A model generated the notes under the pieces. It saw only the letters and a list, made by a program, of their open reading frames with translations, did not search any database and had not been told where the DNA came from. From the NCBI GenBank assembly GCA_045542575.1, contig JAZQLG010000039.1, positions 38,716 through 102,715 of the forward strand: 64,000 nucleotides of DNA, written 5' to 3'. The position numbers and the translations under genes were made by a program. Positions 32,218-41,887 of this stretch are shown one piece after another; the stretch's first letter is position 1; each line of letters begins with the position of its first letter. This DNA is from Faecousia sp. (lineage in GTDB: Bacteria > Bacillota > Clostridia > Oscillospirales > Oscillospiraceae).

Positions 32218-33237
32218 ATGAAGAATCAAAAGGTAGGAAAGCACAGTTTCCGGCTGTTATCGCCTCCGATAATTAAAGCTTGGGCAAGTGTAACCGGTAA
32301 AAAAGAGGCATTGGGGCCTCTTGGAACAACCTTTGATGTAACTTGTGAGGACTCCTACTACGGTCAAAAAACCTGGGAGCAAGCAGAAAAAAGAATGCAG
32401 CAGCTTGCGTTACAAACATTAGCTAAAAAAGCTTGTGTAAAGCAGAATGATTTTCAGCTTGTATTTTCCGGAGATCTTTTGAATCAGTGTATCGGCTCCT
32501 CTTTTCCTTTGAGAAACACTGACATTCCTCACATCGGTTTGTACGGAGCCTGCTCTACGATGGCTGAAAGCCTCATGATGGCATCCATGGCTGTTGGTGG
32601 CGGCTTCACCGAAAACGCTGTTGCTATGACTTCCTCACACTTTGCTTCCTCTGAACGGCAGTATCGTTTCCCATTGGGATATGGCGGTCAACGCACACCT
32701 ACAGCCCAATGGACAGTAACGGGCTCCGGTGCGGTGTTACTTTGCAATTGCGGTGAAGGACCAAGTATTACCGGTTGTACGATTGGCACTGTAACAGACT
32801 TGGGAATAAAGGATGCGAACAATATGGGAGCGGCGATGGCCCCGGCAGCAATGCAAACGATTGTAACCCACTTTGAGGATTTTTCCACGTGTCCTGAGGA
32901 ATACGATTTAATTGTGACCGGTGATTTGGGTCAGCTTGGAAGAGAAATGTTAATTTCACTTTTGGAAAATAAAGGAATTCGTGCTGCCGAAATGATCACT
33001 GATTGCGGATGCCTTGTTTTTGACAATACAAGTCAGGATGTGCACGCAGGTGGATCAGGGTGCGGCTGCAGCGCGATCACTTTATGCGGCTATCTGTTAA
33101 ATAAGCTTAAAATCGGCAGTATGAAGAAAATTCTGTTTTGCGGGACCGGCGCCCTGCTATCGCCAACCTCTGTTCAGCAAGGTCTGCCGATCCCCGGTGT
33201 CTGTCATGCAGTTGTAATCACAGGGGGAAAGCAATGA
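32218..33237 (+). CDS. spoVAD: Stage V sporulation protein AD (dipicolinate binding)
   Basis: GDLLNQC, GACSTMAE, AQWTVTG, GGSGCGC. Confidence 0.97.
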   Translation: MKNQKVGKHSFRLLSPPIIKAWASVTGKKEALGPLGTTFDVTCEDSYYGQKTWEQAEKRMQQLALQTLAKKACVKQNDFQLVFSGDLLNQCIGSSFPLRNTDIPHIGLYGACSTMAESLMMASMAVGGGFTENAVAMTSSHFASSERQYRFPLGYGGQRTPTAQWTVTGSGAVLLCNCGEGPSITGCTIGTVTDLGIKDANNMGAAMAPAAMQTIVTHFEDFSTCPEEYDLIVTGDLGQLGREMLISLLENKGIRAAEMITDCGCLVFDNTSQDVHAGGSGCGCSAITLCGYLLNKLKIGSMKKILFCGTGALLSPTSVQQGLPIPGVCHAVVITGGKQ

Positions 33238-33590
33238 ACTATCTATATGCATTTATGATCGGTGGATTATTTTGTGTGATCGGGCAGATCCTCATTGATA
33301 AAACAAAGCTGACACCGGCAAGAATTCTGGTAAGTTATGTTGTGATAGGCGTAATTCTGGGTGGTATTGGCATCTATAAACCACTGGTGGACTTTGCCGG
33401 TGCCGGCGCAACTGTTCCTTTAACGGGCTTTGGATATACACTTGCAAAGGGTGTAAAAGACGCGGTAGATGAAAGCGGCTTCATTGGAATTCTAACCGGA
33501 GGCTTAAAAGCAGCCGCCGGTGGCATTGCTGCAGCTGTGTTTGTGGGGTTGCTTGTGAGTTTACTGTTTAGGGCAAAGGATAAATCCTGA
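33234..33590 (+). CDS. spoVAE: Stage V sporulation protein AE(b)
   Basis: AF.IGG..C.IGQILID.T.LTPA and GAGATVPLTGFG. Confidence 0.93.
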   Translation: MNYLYAFMIGGLFCVIGQILIDKTKLTPARILVSYVVIGVILGGIGIYKPLVDFAGAGATVPLTGFGYTLAKGVKDAVDESGFIGILTGGLKAAAGGIAAAVFVGLLVSLLFRAKDKS

Positions 33591-33642
33591 ATTTTGGGGT
33601 AACCTAACTTGGGGATCACCCATAAAATTTGGAGGTAGGAAT

Positions 33643-33792
33643 ATGAACAACCAGAACAAGAATCAAAACCAAAATCAGAACAACAACCAGAATAACAGCA
33701 AGAACCAGAACAGCAACCAGAATCAGAACAATCAGAATCAGAACAGCCAGAACAGATATCAGAACCAGAGCAACAACCAGAATAACCGCTAA
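33643..33792 (+). CDS. 49-aa Asn/Gln-rich micro-protein
   Basis: GGAGGT RBS, then MNNQNKNQNQNQNNNQNNSKNQNSNQNQNNQNQNSQNRYQNQSNNQNNR; synonymous AAC/AAT and CAG/CAA mixing; terminator directly after the stop. Confidence 0.75.
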   Translation: MNNQNKNQNQNQNNNQNNSKNQNSNQNQNNQNQNSQNRYQNQSNNQNNR

Positions 33793-33836
33793 AAAACGCC
33801 GCCGAAAGAACCATCTTTCGGCGGTGCTTTTTATTT
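33791..33836. terminator. Bidirectional terminator
   Basis: AAAAAACGCCGCCGAAAGA...TCTTTCGGCGGTGCTTTTT. Confidence 0.8.
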
Positions 33837-36800
33837 GACTTCAATAAACTGTCCTGTACGGAAAAAGTATAATAGTGCTTGCTTCACATTTTTGCGATAA
33901 ATATCCTCCAATGCCCTGCTGTAAGCACGAACCTGCGGGAAATACCCTTTTGCTACCGTGTTAATGGTTTCTTCGGTAACATAATCTGTTTTGAAGTCAA
34001 CAACAGTTATGCCATCGTCTTCAAAAACAGCAAGGTCAACGACGCCTTGCAACAGGATCTTGTCATCAGAGGCATCCTTGAAGTAGGTGCTTGCATCCTG
34101 CATGACTGTAAACTTAAATTCGCGCAGAACCTCCGACGAAAGTGCCTTCTGTCCAACTGCTGTTTTAAAAAAGGCCACGATGCTTGGGATATCCACCGCA
34201 TCCGCCTGTTCCTGAGAAATAAACCGTTCAGAAACCAGCCGCTGTAGCTCGGCGCCTGCACGATCAATGGAAGTACAAGCCTCATAGCGGATAAATTGCA
34301 TAACAGCGTGTAATGCGTTACCGTAGGCTGCGCCATACTTTAAAGAGTCCGACGGCTTGCGCCAGTAGGTGCGCCTTGCATTAGACGCTGCGGCATTCTG
34401 CGCGATTTCTTCGTCAAGATGCCTTCCTTTTAGGGCTGTTGCTGTTAGCTTAGACGGAATCGTTGTTGCACTTTTATATGGGTAGTTAAACGATAAAGAC
34501 TTTTCTATTCGATCGACCGCACCGGCAGGTAGCTTCTCAATTGGTCGCTCCAATGAGGTTACAGCCATTGTAAGATCCCCACCGTTTACCACTTCCACAT
34601 TCCATGGGATTTCACTCACCGTTCTGGATTTCGGGTACCCTCCCAACTTGAATAGCGCCCCGGATTCGCTTCTGTGAAGTGCAGCAAAAAGCACCCAATC
34701 ACCTGGACATTTTGCATCACCTGTGAGAAGAAGAGGATCAGAAAGGTCCATTCGGTTTACGGTTTCAGCAATTTGTCCTTCCAAATTACTGACAGCATAA
34801 GTCATGATCAGGCGATCCCGAGCCCGGGTCATTGCCACATAAAGAACAAGCATCTCCTGGCTCAAATTATCACATAGAATACGCTTCGAAATAGCTTTTT
34901 TAGCAATTGTGGGAAAGCGAATTCTCTTTTTCTTGTCTACATAAGAAAGACCCAATCCCAAATGCTTATGGCGAAGCAGCTGTTCATAGGCATCTGTGGT
35001 GTTGAAATTTCTGGAAAGACCACTTAAAAAAACGACAGGATACTCAAGACCTTTAGACTTATGAACGCTGAGAATCTCAACTGCGCCGCTTGGTTTTGCC
35101 CCTTCGTTCGATGAAATACCTCTCTCCTCCAAAGCGCCCAAATAGGAAAGCAGCTGATCCAGCGTGCGGTGTCCCGTCGCTTCATAGGAGGACAGAAGCT
35201 TACAAAATGTCTGCAGGTTTTCCATTCGTTCAATGCCAAATTTATCCGCTGCAAATATGCTGTCAAAACTGCAAACCCTGAATATTTCCAATATAAGCTC
35301 AGAAAGAGAGTTCATTCTGGCGTACTGCCGCAAATAATTCAGCTTTTCTACGAACGACACAGCTTTAGGAAGTTCAGATGTGCATAAAGAATCAAAAAAG
35401 CTCTGCAGCCTGTTCCCCACTCGAATTTCAGCCAGCTCCTCAGCACTGAAAGAGAACACTCTGCTTGTCAGCACTGCCAAAAGAGGAATGTCCAGCTGTG
35501 GATTGTTGATCGTTTGTAATAAGGATCGAAGAGTTGCAACCTCTTCTGCCATTAACAAATTGGCACCTTTTCCAATATAGGAAGGAATTCCATGGGCCTG
35601 CAAAGCAGAAACAAAGTCCATTCCCACGCTGCCTGGAGAACGCAGAATAATTGCAATATCATCCAATGTAATGGGCCGCTTGCCGTCATTTTCAGAAATA
35701 TAATGACTTCCGTCTGTCAGCTCGAGAATTTTCTTTGCTACAAAAGCCGCTTCCTCCCGATAAGTGTCCTCCTGAACGTCAATACCATAAAAGGACACCT
35801 CAGGCTCACCGCAATCTATTGTATTTCTTCCCGCATAAAGGCGCTCCCGTTCCGTATATTCAATTCCGCCAACCTGCGAAGACATGCAAGTATTGCAAAC
35901 ATAGTTGACAGCCTCAATAACACCTGGTGCGGAGCGGAAGTTTTTGCTTAAAAGGACCTTCCTCCCTTCCCCATCCTTCGCTATTTCAGCATCAGGGAAA
36001 GCCAAGAACTTTTCAAGAAAAATTTCGGGGTCAGCAAGACGAAACTGATAAATCGATTGCTTCACATCCCCTACCATAAAGCAATTATGCTTTTGACATG
36101 TCAAGCTATGGAAGATTCCGTCCTGTACTTCATTGGAGTCCTGGAATTCATCTACCATGATCTCCCGAAATCTGACAGACAGCTCATTTGCCAACGCAGT
36201 TGGCGCAGCGTGGTTTTTTCCCATCAGCAAATCAAGAGTTTTGTGCTCCAAATCGGAATAATCCATAAGCCGGAGCTGTCTTTTTTTCTTTGAAAATGCC
36301 TCAGAAAACCCTTCAACCAGATCAATTAACCCTTTTGCGGCAGGGAGTATGGCAACCAGTTGCGCAATGAGCTCCTTACTGGATTGACCAAACCGCTCCA
36401 GTCTGCCAAGCACGCCCTTTTTGCAGGCAGATCGTATATCCTTCATCTGCTCTTTAAGGCTGGCATCGCCAAATTTTTGGGTAAAAGTCAATTTTTCAAA
36501 GGTGTGCTCCTTGGCGCTAACAACCTCATCCCAGGTTTCACAGGAGAGGAGTCTGTTTAGCCACGCGATGTCACTTTCGAAAACAGAAATCGGACGAACA
36601 GAAGCTTCCACACCTCTTGCCCTATCCACGCATTTGGTCATCGCATCAAGCTGCAAGGAAAGATGCTCTTTCAGGTCATCAAACAAGTATCTTCCCCAAA
36701 TAGTTTCCAGGCAATCACTTTTTGAAGAGGCGTCCAAATTCGTCAAACAGGATTGCAGCCAGGCAGATGGCTCTTTGTGACAAATTGCGCTGTCATAGAG

Positions 36801-37331
36801 ATCAAGGATGATTTTTGAAAGATTATCGTCACTTCTTCCCATTTCCTGGCTATCAATAAATGCTTGGAAATTTTCATCAAGAATTTCAGCGCTATACGCT
36901 TCATCCAACACCTTCTTAAGCACCTGTTGTCGCAAAATTTGACATTCTTCTTCCTCAGCGATCCGAAAGTCAGCAGGAATATCCAGGCGGTAAGCCTGCT
37001 CTTTCAACAGATCGCCACAAAAAGAGTGAACAGTTGAGATTTTTGCAAGATATAATCTTTGGAGCTGGTTGCGAAGGTGCCGGCTTTCCGGATTTTTAGC
37101 GATGCGTTCATTCAGTTCATCTGCAATTTTGCTGCGAAGTTCCGCAGCAGCAGCCCTGGTGTAGGTAATGATCAGGAAATCATCAATATTCGCGGGATTA
37201 TCAGGGGCTGAAAGGTATAGCATCAGCCGCTCCACCAGGACCTTTGTTTTGCCGGAACCGGCAGCTGCAGAAACAAGAAGATCGCCGCCACGATTTGTTG
37301 CAGCCAAAGCTTGTTGCTCAGTTAATGCCAT
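33831..37331 (-). CDS. addA: AddA helicase/nuclease subunit
   Basis: AAAGSGKT, DEFQD, VGDVKQSIYQFR, HKSKGLEY and a C-terminal RecB-type nuclease (GVVD..VDFKT). Confidence 0.95.
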   Translation of the reverse strand: MALTEQQALAATNRGGDLLVSAAAGSGKTKVLVERLMLYLSAPDNPANIDDFLIITYTRAAAAELRSKIADELNERIAKNPESRHLRNQLQRLYLAKISTVHSFCGDLLKEQAYRLDIPADFRIAEEEECQILRQQVLKKVLDEAYSAEILDENFQAFIDSQEMGRSDDNLSKIILDLYDSAICHKEPSAWLQSCLTNLDASSKSDCLETIWGRYLFDDLKEHLSLQLDAMTKCVDRARGVEASVRPISVFESDIAWLNRLLSCETWDEVVSAKEHTFEKLTFTQKFGDASLKEQMKDIRSACKKGVLGRLERFGQSSKELIAQLVAILPAAKGLIDLVEGFSEAFSKKKRQLRLMDYSDLEHKTLDLLMGKNHAAPTALANELSVRFREIMVDEFQDSNEVQDGIFHSLTCQKHNCFMVGDVKQSIYQFRLADPEIFLEKFLAFPDAEIAKDGEGRKVLLSKNFRSAPGVIEAVNYVCNTCMSSQVGGIEYTERERLYAGRNTIDCGEPEVSFYGIDVQEDTYREEAAFVAKKILELTDGSHYISENDGKRPITLDDIAIILRSPGSVGMDFVSALQAHGIPSYIGKGANLLMAEEVATLRSLLQTINNPQLDIPLLAVLTSRVFSFSAEELAEIRVGNRLQSFFDSLCTSELPKAVSFVEKLNYLRQYARMNSLSELILEIFRVCSFDSIFAADKFGIERMENLQTFCKLLSSYEATGHRTLDQLLSYLGALEERGISSNEGAKPSGAVEILSVHKSKGLEYPVVFLSGLSRNFNTTDAYEQLLRHKHLGLGLSYVDKKKRIRFPTIAKKAISKRILCDNLSQEMLVLYVAMTRARDRLIMTYAVSNLEGQIAETVNRMDLSDPLLLTGDAKCPGDWVLFAALHRSESGALFKLGGYPKSRTVSEIPWNVEVVNGGDLTMAVTSLERPIEKLPAGAVDRIEKSLSFNYPYKSATTIPSKLTATALKGRHLDEEIAQNAAASNARRTYWRKPSDSLKYGAAYGNALHAVMQFIRYEACTSIDRAGAELQRLVSERFISQEQADAVDIPSIVAFFKTAVGQKALSSEVLREFKFTVMQDASTYFKDASDDKILLQGVVDLAVFEDDGITVVDFKTDYVTEETINTVAKGYFPQVRAYSRALEDIYRKNVKQALLYFFRTGQFIEVK

Positions 37332-40300
37332 AGCGGTCGACCTCCCTGTCAATATCTTTCCAAAACCGTTCTGCCTTCACTGTCTCATAGTTCCGCAGAC
37401 CGGGGATCTCCATTTGCGCACAGATATTTGTATACGGACAGTAGATGCAGGCGCCGGAATTTCTACCCCGCATATATGGGTTGGGCGCTACATTTCCCTC
37501 CGACAAATCATCCAGCAGTGCTGACAAAAATCGGTAAATATACATTTTCAGTTTCACCAGCTGGGCTCTGTCAGCAATGTCACCCACAATATCTCCATTT
37601 TTATTTTGCTTGCAGGGAAGCCTTTTGAAAGGCAGCTCGGGCTCCATGGCCAGAAGTACCAGCTCATCATTTAAAAGAAGACCGTTTCTCTTCCAAGCTG
37701 AAATACGGCTTTCCCTTGCTTCCTCCTCACAAATATCCTCTTTTGTGGAAATGATAGGTGCTTTTGCGGAGAAATACTGGACACCGGCTGGTATACGGGA
37801 TCCACCCAACACTTGACCGCCCTCATCCTCCAGTGCGAACAGGTAGAGAAGCATCTGTAGACCAATACCGTTGAAAACCTCACAATAGTCAAACTTTTTA
37901 CCGCCGGTTTTATAGTCCACGACCCTGAAATACCGGGTGCCGTCCTTCTCCCAGGCATCGATCCGGTCAACTCTGCCACCCAATTCGGCATCCATTGACT
38001 TACCGCTAATATGAACTGCTTTCATCGGGCCATCATAGCCGAAGCCCAGCTCCACAGCAATTGGCGCAAATTGTCCGGTACTTAATTCCTCGTATATTTC
38101 TTCAAGAATATAGGAAATCTGTTGGCTGTTTCGTTCAAACAAATAGGTGATTCGTTTGGAATCCAATTGACTAAAATGTGCTTTTGTGTAATGCTCTGCA
38201 GACGCCTTTGCAAGGTCAGCGACCGTATCAAATGTCACATTTTTGAAACCGCCAAGTTCCATTACTTTGCGAACGACATCCTCCAAAACACCGTGGACAA
38301 AGTTACCGTACTCAAGCGGATCAATTGTTGCTTCCTTCCGCTCTCTTGCCCGAAGGCCATATTCAAAGAAGTATGATAGTCTGCATTTTGCTAATTTATC
38401 AATTTGACTGGCCGACCAACGGAGAGTTTGACCATAAAGCTTTGAGACCGTTTCTCGGTTTAGCTTACCGATATCCCGATCCTGCGCCGAGATAACCTTC
38501 CCGTACGCATCCTGTAAGCCAAGCCGTGTTGCAGCATCAGCAGCCTGCCAGCGGGCAAAGTAAGCCCCAGCCTCCTCCCGGTTTGCCCTGGTGCCTCCGT
38601 AAAGCTCAGGCATAGGAGAAACGCCACCGGCCATCAAGCTCAAACGCTTAAACACATAGGATGCCTGTCCTCCGGGGCAGGATACAAGAATGCTCTTTTT
38701 TGCTCCGCAAAAGGTTGCAAAAATCTCCGAAAAAGAGATCTGCAATCCGTCCATTGCTCCACCGCTAAGAGGCACACCCAATTGACGAAGTGACGTCCTG
38801 TCCTGGTCACTTAACACGCCGGATGATTGTGCAAATTTTGGCAAATTGCCTTCTTCAGCACCCAATAATATCAAGTGATCCGCAGTCTGACACCGCGTTG
38901 TTGCAACATCACCCATTGATACAGCATCCAACGTTGATGGAATCGTTCCAACGCTATACTGGCCCAAAAGAAGCTTCAGGAGTCTGACAAAGGTTTCCTC
39001 TTCCCAGACAGTTTCCCCAAGCATATCCTCAAGCTGTTTAAAAGCCTTTAGCAGGATCTCCCAAAGCTGATTTAGTATCTGACTGCCACGATAAAGCCCA
39101 TCGTTTTCCATCTTATCCGCTAACTGTTCCAGCCGCTCAGCTACGTGTATATCATCAAGGAATTCATACACACCTTCGATCATATCCTGCAGTCGATTGG
39201 CATTATGCACCGCATCATACAGATGCTTCAACGGTGTAATAAAGGCATTGCGAATAGAATTCAGTTCAAATAATTCGTTATCTGTTTGCTCCGTCCAGCG
39301 GGCAGAAAGTCCCTGTGGATGCTTATCCCAGGTGCTCAGCCACTGTTTACCGTTAACAGACCAAATGTAGGCATAATTTTCAATGCGATCCGTGTCAGCA
39401 AGTGAAACCGGAGACAAAGAAGACTTCAAATAGCACAAAATATCTTTTTGCTCAAAACCACCCGTAACCGCATCCAGTGCAGATAGAACTGTATGGACAA
39501 CAGATTGGCTTAATATATCATCCTTTCCGGATACATATACCGGAATATTGCATCTGCGAAACACAAACTCGACACTGGACTTGTAACCTGCAAGATCAGG
39601 GCAAACCAGACGAATGTCTTTAAACCGCGCACCGCCCTCGATCAGATCCAGCACCCTGTCCGCAGCTAAAAGACATTCTTCGTGTACTGACTGCGGGGTG
39701 TAAGTCTGCACACAAGAGCTGGCCGGTGCGGGACCCTGGAGAAGATTTTGCCAAACACTGTTTGTGGGCTCCTCAAGAGGCTTCAAATCTACGATTTCAA
39801 ATGGCACGCCGTTACGCTTTGCGATCTGCAAAATAGTGTGGGCGGTCTGTCCCGCCTTCTCAAAAGCGATCTTTTCAGAAGCGGGCTGGTCGCAGTGAAT
39901 ACTGACTGTTACATCGGGACAATTGCATATGAGATGGGATAATATCTGCATATGCTGGACTGTAAAATCAGGAAAACCATCTATAAAAAAAGAATGATTC
40001 TCGGCGTAACTACTATCGGAAAGCTCACTGAGCAGCCAATCCATCTGGTCTCTCGGGTCCCGTTTTCCACGAGAGGTTATGGTATTGTACATTTCAAACA
40101 ACAGGGAAAGCTCTTCTAATTTTTGTGCCAGACTTCCGCTTGTTTGCAAGGAAGCTGTCATAAGGTCGCTGGGACTGATACAGCATCTTTTAAACTCATC
40201 CACAGCGTCCAGCATCCCCAAAAGAAATTCCGGCTTTGTCTCCACCGCGGCATAAGCCTTCAGCTTGCTGTGCAGCTGCTTTGCGGCACTTGCCATAGCC

Positions 40301-40572
40301 ACAAGTCGCCCACCGTCGTCTAAGCAGGCCGGAGCGCCATGACCCACAGCCTCAGCCACACGGCTGGCAAGTCTTGTAAATGACAGGACCTGTGCATATC
40401 TGCTTGCGCTGTTTCCTGCATACTGACAAAGCTTCCGTTCCGTTTCAAAGCTGATTAATTCAGGCACTATCAGAATTTGGTTACCCTGTCCGGCATTGAC
40501 TCTGCCTGAGATTCGACGCATGATCTCAATACTGTTTGCCTTCCAGTCAGTACCGACCAATAATGTAAGCAC
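37318..40572 (-). CDS. addB: AddB helicase/nuclease subunit
   Basis: LIVPE, IDGF, GRVDRID..VDYKT nuclease motif, Fe-S Cys residues (CIYCPYTNIC); overlaps the addA start. Confidence 0.92.
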   Translation of the reverse strand: MLTLLVGTDWKANSIEIMRRISGRVNAGQGNQILIVPELISFETERKLCQYAGNSASRYAQVLSFTRLASRVAEAVGHGAPACLDDGGRLVAMASAAKQLHSKLKAYAAVETKPEFLLGMLDAVDEFKRCCISPSDLMTASLQTSGSLAQKLEELSLLFEMYNTITSRGKRDPRDQMDWLLSELSDSSYAENHSFFIDGFPDFTVQHMQILSHLICNCPDVTVSIHCDQPASEKIAFEKAGQTAHTILQIAKRNGVPFEIVDLKPLEEPTNSVWQNLLQGPAPASSCVQTYTPQSVHEECLLAADRVLDLIEGGARFKDIRLVCPDLAGYKSSVEFVFRRCNIPVYVSGKDDILSQSVVHTVLSALDAVTGGFEQKDILCYLKSSLSPVSLADTDRIENYAYIWSVNGKQWLSTWDKHPQGLSARWTEQTDNELFELNSIRNAFITPLKHLYDAVHNANRLQDMIEGVYEFLDDIHVAERLEQLADKMENDGLYRGSQILNQLWEILLKAFKQLEDMLGETVWEEETFVRLLKLLLGQYSVGTIPSTLDAVSMGDVATTRCQTADHLILLGAEEGNLPKFAQSSGVLSDQDRTSLRQLGVPLSGGAMDGLQISFSEIFATFCGAKKSILVSCPGGQASYVFKRLSLMAGGVSPMPELYGGTRANREEAGAYFARWQAADAATRLGLQDAYGKVISAQDRDIGKLNRETVSKLYGQTLRWSASQIDKLAKCRLSYFFEYGLRARERKEATIDPLEYGNFVHGVLEDVVRKVMELGGFKNVTFDTVADLAKASAEHYTKAHFSQLDSKRITYLFERNSQQISYILEEIYEELSTGQFAPIAVELGFGYDGPMKAVHISGKSMDAELGGRVDRIDAWEKDGTRYFRVVDYKTGGKKFDYCEVFNGIGLQMLLYLFALEDEGGQVLGGSRIPAGVQYFSAKAPIISTKEDICEEEARESRISAWKRNGLLLNDELVLLAMEPELPFKRLPCKQNKNGDIVGDIADRAQLVKLKMYIYRFLSALLDDLSEGNVAPNPYMRGRNSGACIYCPYTNICAQMEIPGLRNYETVKAERFWKDIDREVDRYGIN

Positions 40573-40635
40573 AATGATCACCTCCGTGATAAGAGGATAT
40601 AATAAATTCCGTGTAATAAATCGTACAGTAACAAA

Positions 40636-41493
40636 TCAGACAGGCTTGCAAATGTATACATTAGGGTAATTTTCCTTGAGCATATTACAAATGACTGCAG
40701 CATACTCAAAACTCTCAGTTAACGCAAAAACTGCAGAACCGGAGCCGGTCATCTGGTGAGCAAATGCACCGTAACTGTTAAAAATGGACTTAATGTAATT
40801 CAGTTCCAAATGCTCCTTTGTTACTACAGGATCAAAAACATTCCAAATGTTCTGTGCGATCATTCCAAGATCTCCGGCATAAAGTGCTGACTCCATAGCC
40901 TTATTATCAGGCCGCTTTGCAATTGCTGCCCGGTCCAACTCTGCATACAACTCAGCTGTGGAGCAGGAAAAATCCGGCTTGCATACAACAATAAAGCACT
41001 CCGGCATATCCGGTAGCTTGCGCAACCGCTCTCCCCTACCTTCCACCATCACAGTACCGCCCAGCACACAGAAGGGCACATCGCTTCCGATCTGTGCGCC
41101 TAATTCGGCAAGAGCAAGTATGGAAAAAGGAGAATCGTAATGGCGATTCAGCGCCCGCAAAACAGCAGCTGCATCAGCACTGCCTCCGCCAAGTCCGGCC
41201 TGGCTTGGAATCCTCTTAGTAATGCGAATTTCCAGACCGTTGGGGTCTTTATCTACTGTCTTATAAAATAACTCTGCTGCCTTCCACGCAAGATTTCTTT
41301 CATCTGTCGGAATATCCTCCTTGTCGCAAAGAAGGTTCCAGGACTTTCCGGTACCCAGGTCGATCTCAATATCATCCCGGATGGACACTGTCTGCATAAT
41401 GCTTTGCAAATCATGGTAGCCATCGTCCCGCTTGCCAAGCACATCCAAAGTTAAATTGATTTTTGCGAATGCACATTCTTGTAAAGTTATCAT
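40636..41493 (-). CDS. ispE: 4-diphosphocytidyl-2C-methyl-D-erythritol kinase
   Basis: AKINLTL, IPSQAGLGGGSADAA, GSDVPF, MTGSGS. Confidence 0.97.
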   Translation of the reverse strand: MITLQECAFAKINLTLDVLGKRDDGYHDLQSIMQTVSIRDDIEIDLGTGKSWNLLCDKEDIPTDERNLAWKAAELFYKTVDKDPNGLEIRITKRIPSQAGLGGGSADAAAVLRALNRHYDSPFSILALAELGAQIGSDVPFCVLGGTVMVEGRGERLRKLPDMPECFIVVCKPDFSCSTAELYAELDRAAIAKRPDNKAMESALYAGDLGMIAQNIWNVFDPVVTKEHLELNYIKSIFNSYGAFAHQMTGSGSAVFALTESFEYAAVICNMLKENYPNVYICKPV

Positions 41494-41566
41494 TGTTATT
41501 TACCTCGCACTTTATATTTATGCTAATTATATCGGAATATCGGAAATTTTGCAATGGTCCTTTTGC

Positions 41567-41594
41567 GTATAAATCCGGTTAAAACGGGAATGAT
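41567..41594 (+). promoter_or_regulatory. Sigma-F-type forespore promoter
   Basis: GTATA, about 15 nt, then GGGAATGAT upstream of the DUF378 gene. Confidence 0.55.
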
Positions 41595-41631
41595 ATGCAC
41601 AGCCAAGAAATCAAATCGGAGGTGTATACAC

Positions 41632-41841
41632 TTGGATACTATCGCATTGCTTCTTTCCATTATCGGCTCACTAAACTGGGGCCTTGTAGGTATTTTTCAG
41701 TTTGACCTTGTTGCCTGGCTGTTTGGCGGTCAGGACGCCCTCATAAGCCGTATCGTTTATACCCTTGTGGGGCTTGCCGGTCTGTGGTGCATTACAATGC
41801 TTTTCCGCAGAAACAGAGCCAAGTTCGGTGCAGAAAAGTAA
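41632..41841 (+). CDS. DUF378 (YuzA-like) small membrane protein
   Basis: IIGSLNWGLVGIFQFDLVA..FG and RIVYTLVGLAGL; TTG start after GGAGGTG. Confidence 0.9.
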   Translation: MDTIALLLSIIGSLNWGLVGIFQFDLVAWLFGGQDALISRIVYTLVGLAGLWCITMLFRRNRAKFGAEK

Positions 41842-41878
41842 AAACTGCGGCATCTATGTGATGCCGCAGTTTCATTTT
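41841..41878. terminator. Bidirectional terminator
   Basis: AAACTGCGGCATC/GATGCCGCAGTTT. Confidence 0.8.
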
Positions 41879-41887
41879 AAATACTAA

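Noticed and set aside
33643-33790. Repetitive (A/C)AGAA(C/T) tract as a CRISPR array or microsatellite
   Set aside because: There is no fixed repeat-spacer period and no cas genes; the variation follows the codon frame.
33374-33844. 156-aa Cys/Ser/Gly-rich minus-strand ORF that looks metallothionein-like
   Set aside because: It is the antisense shadow of the N/Q repeat and spoVAE; the RBS, start, stop and terminator all fit the plus-strand 49-aa ORF.
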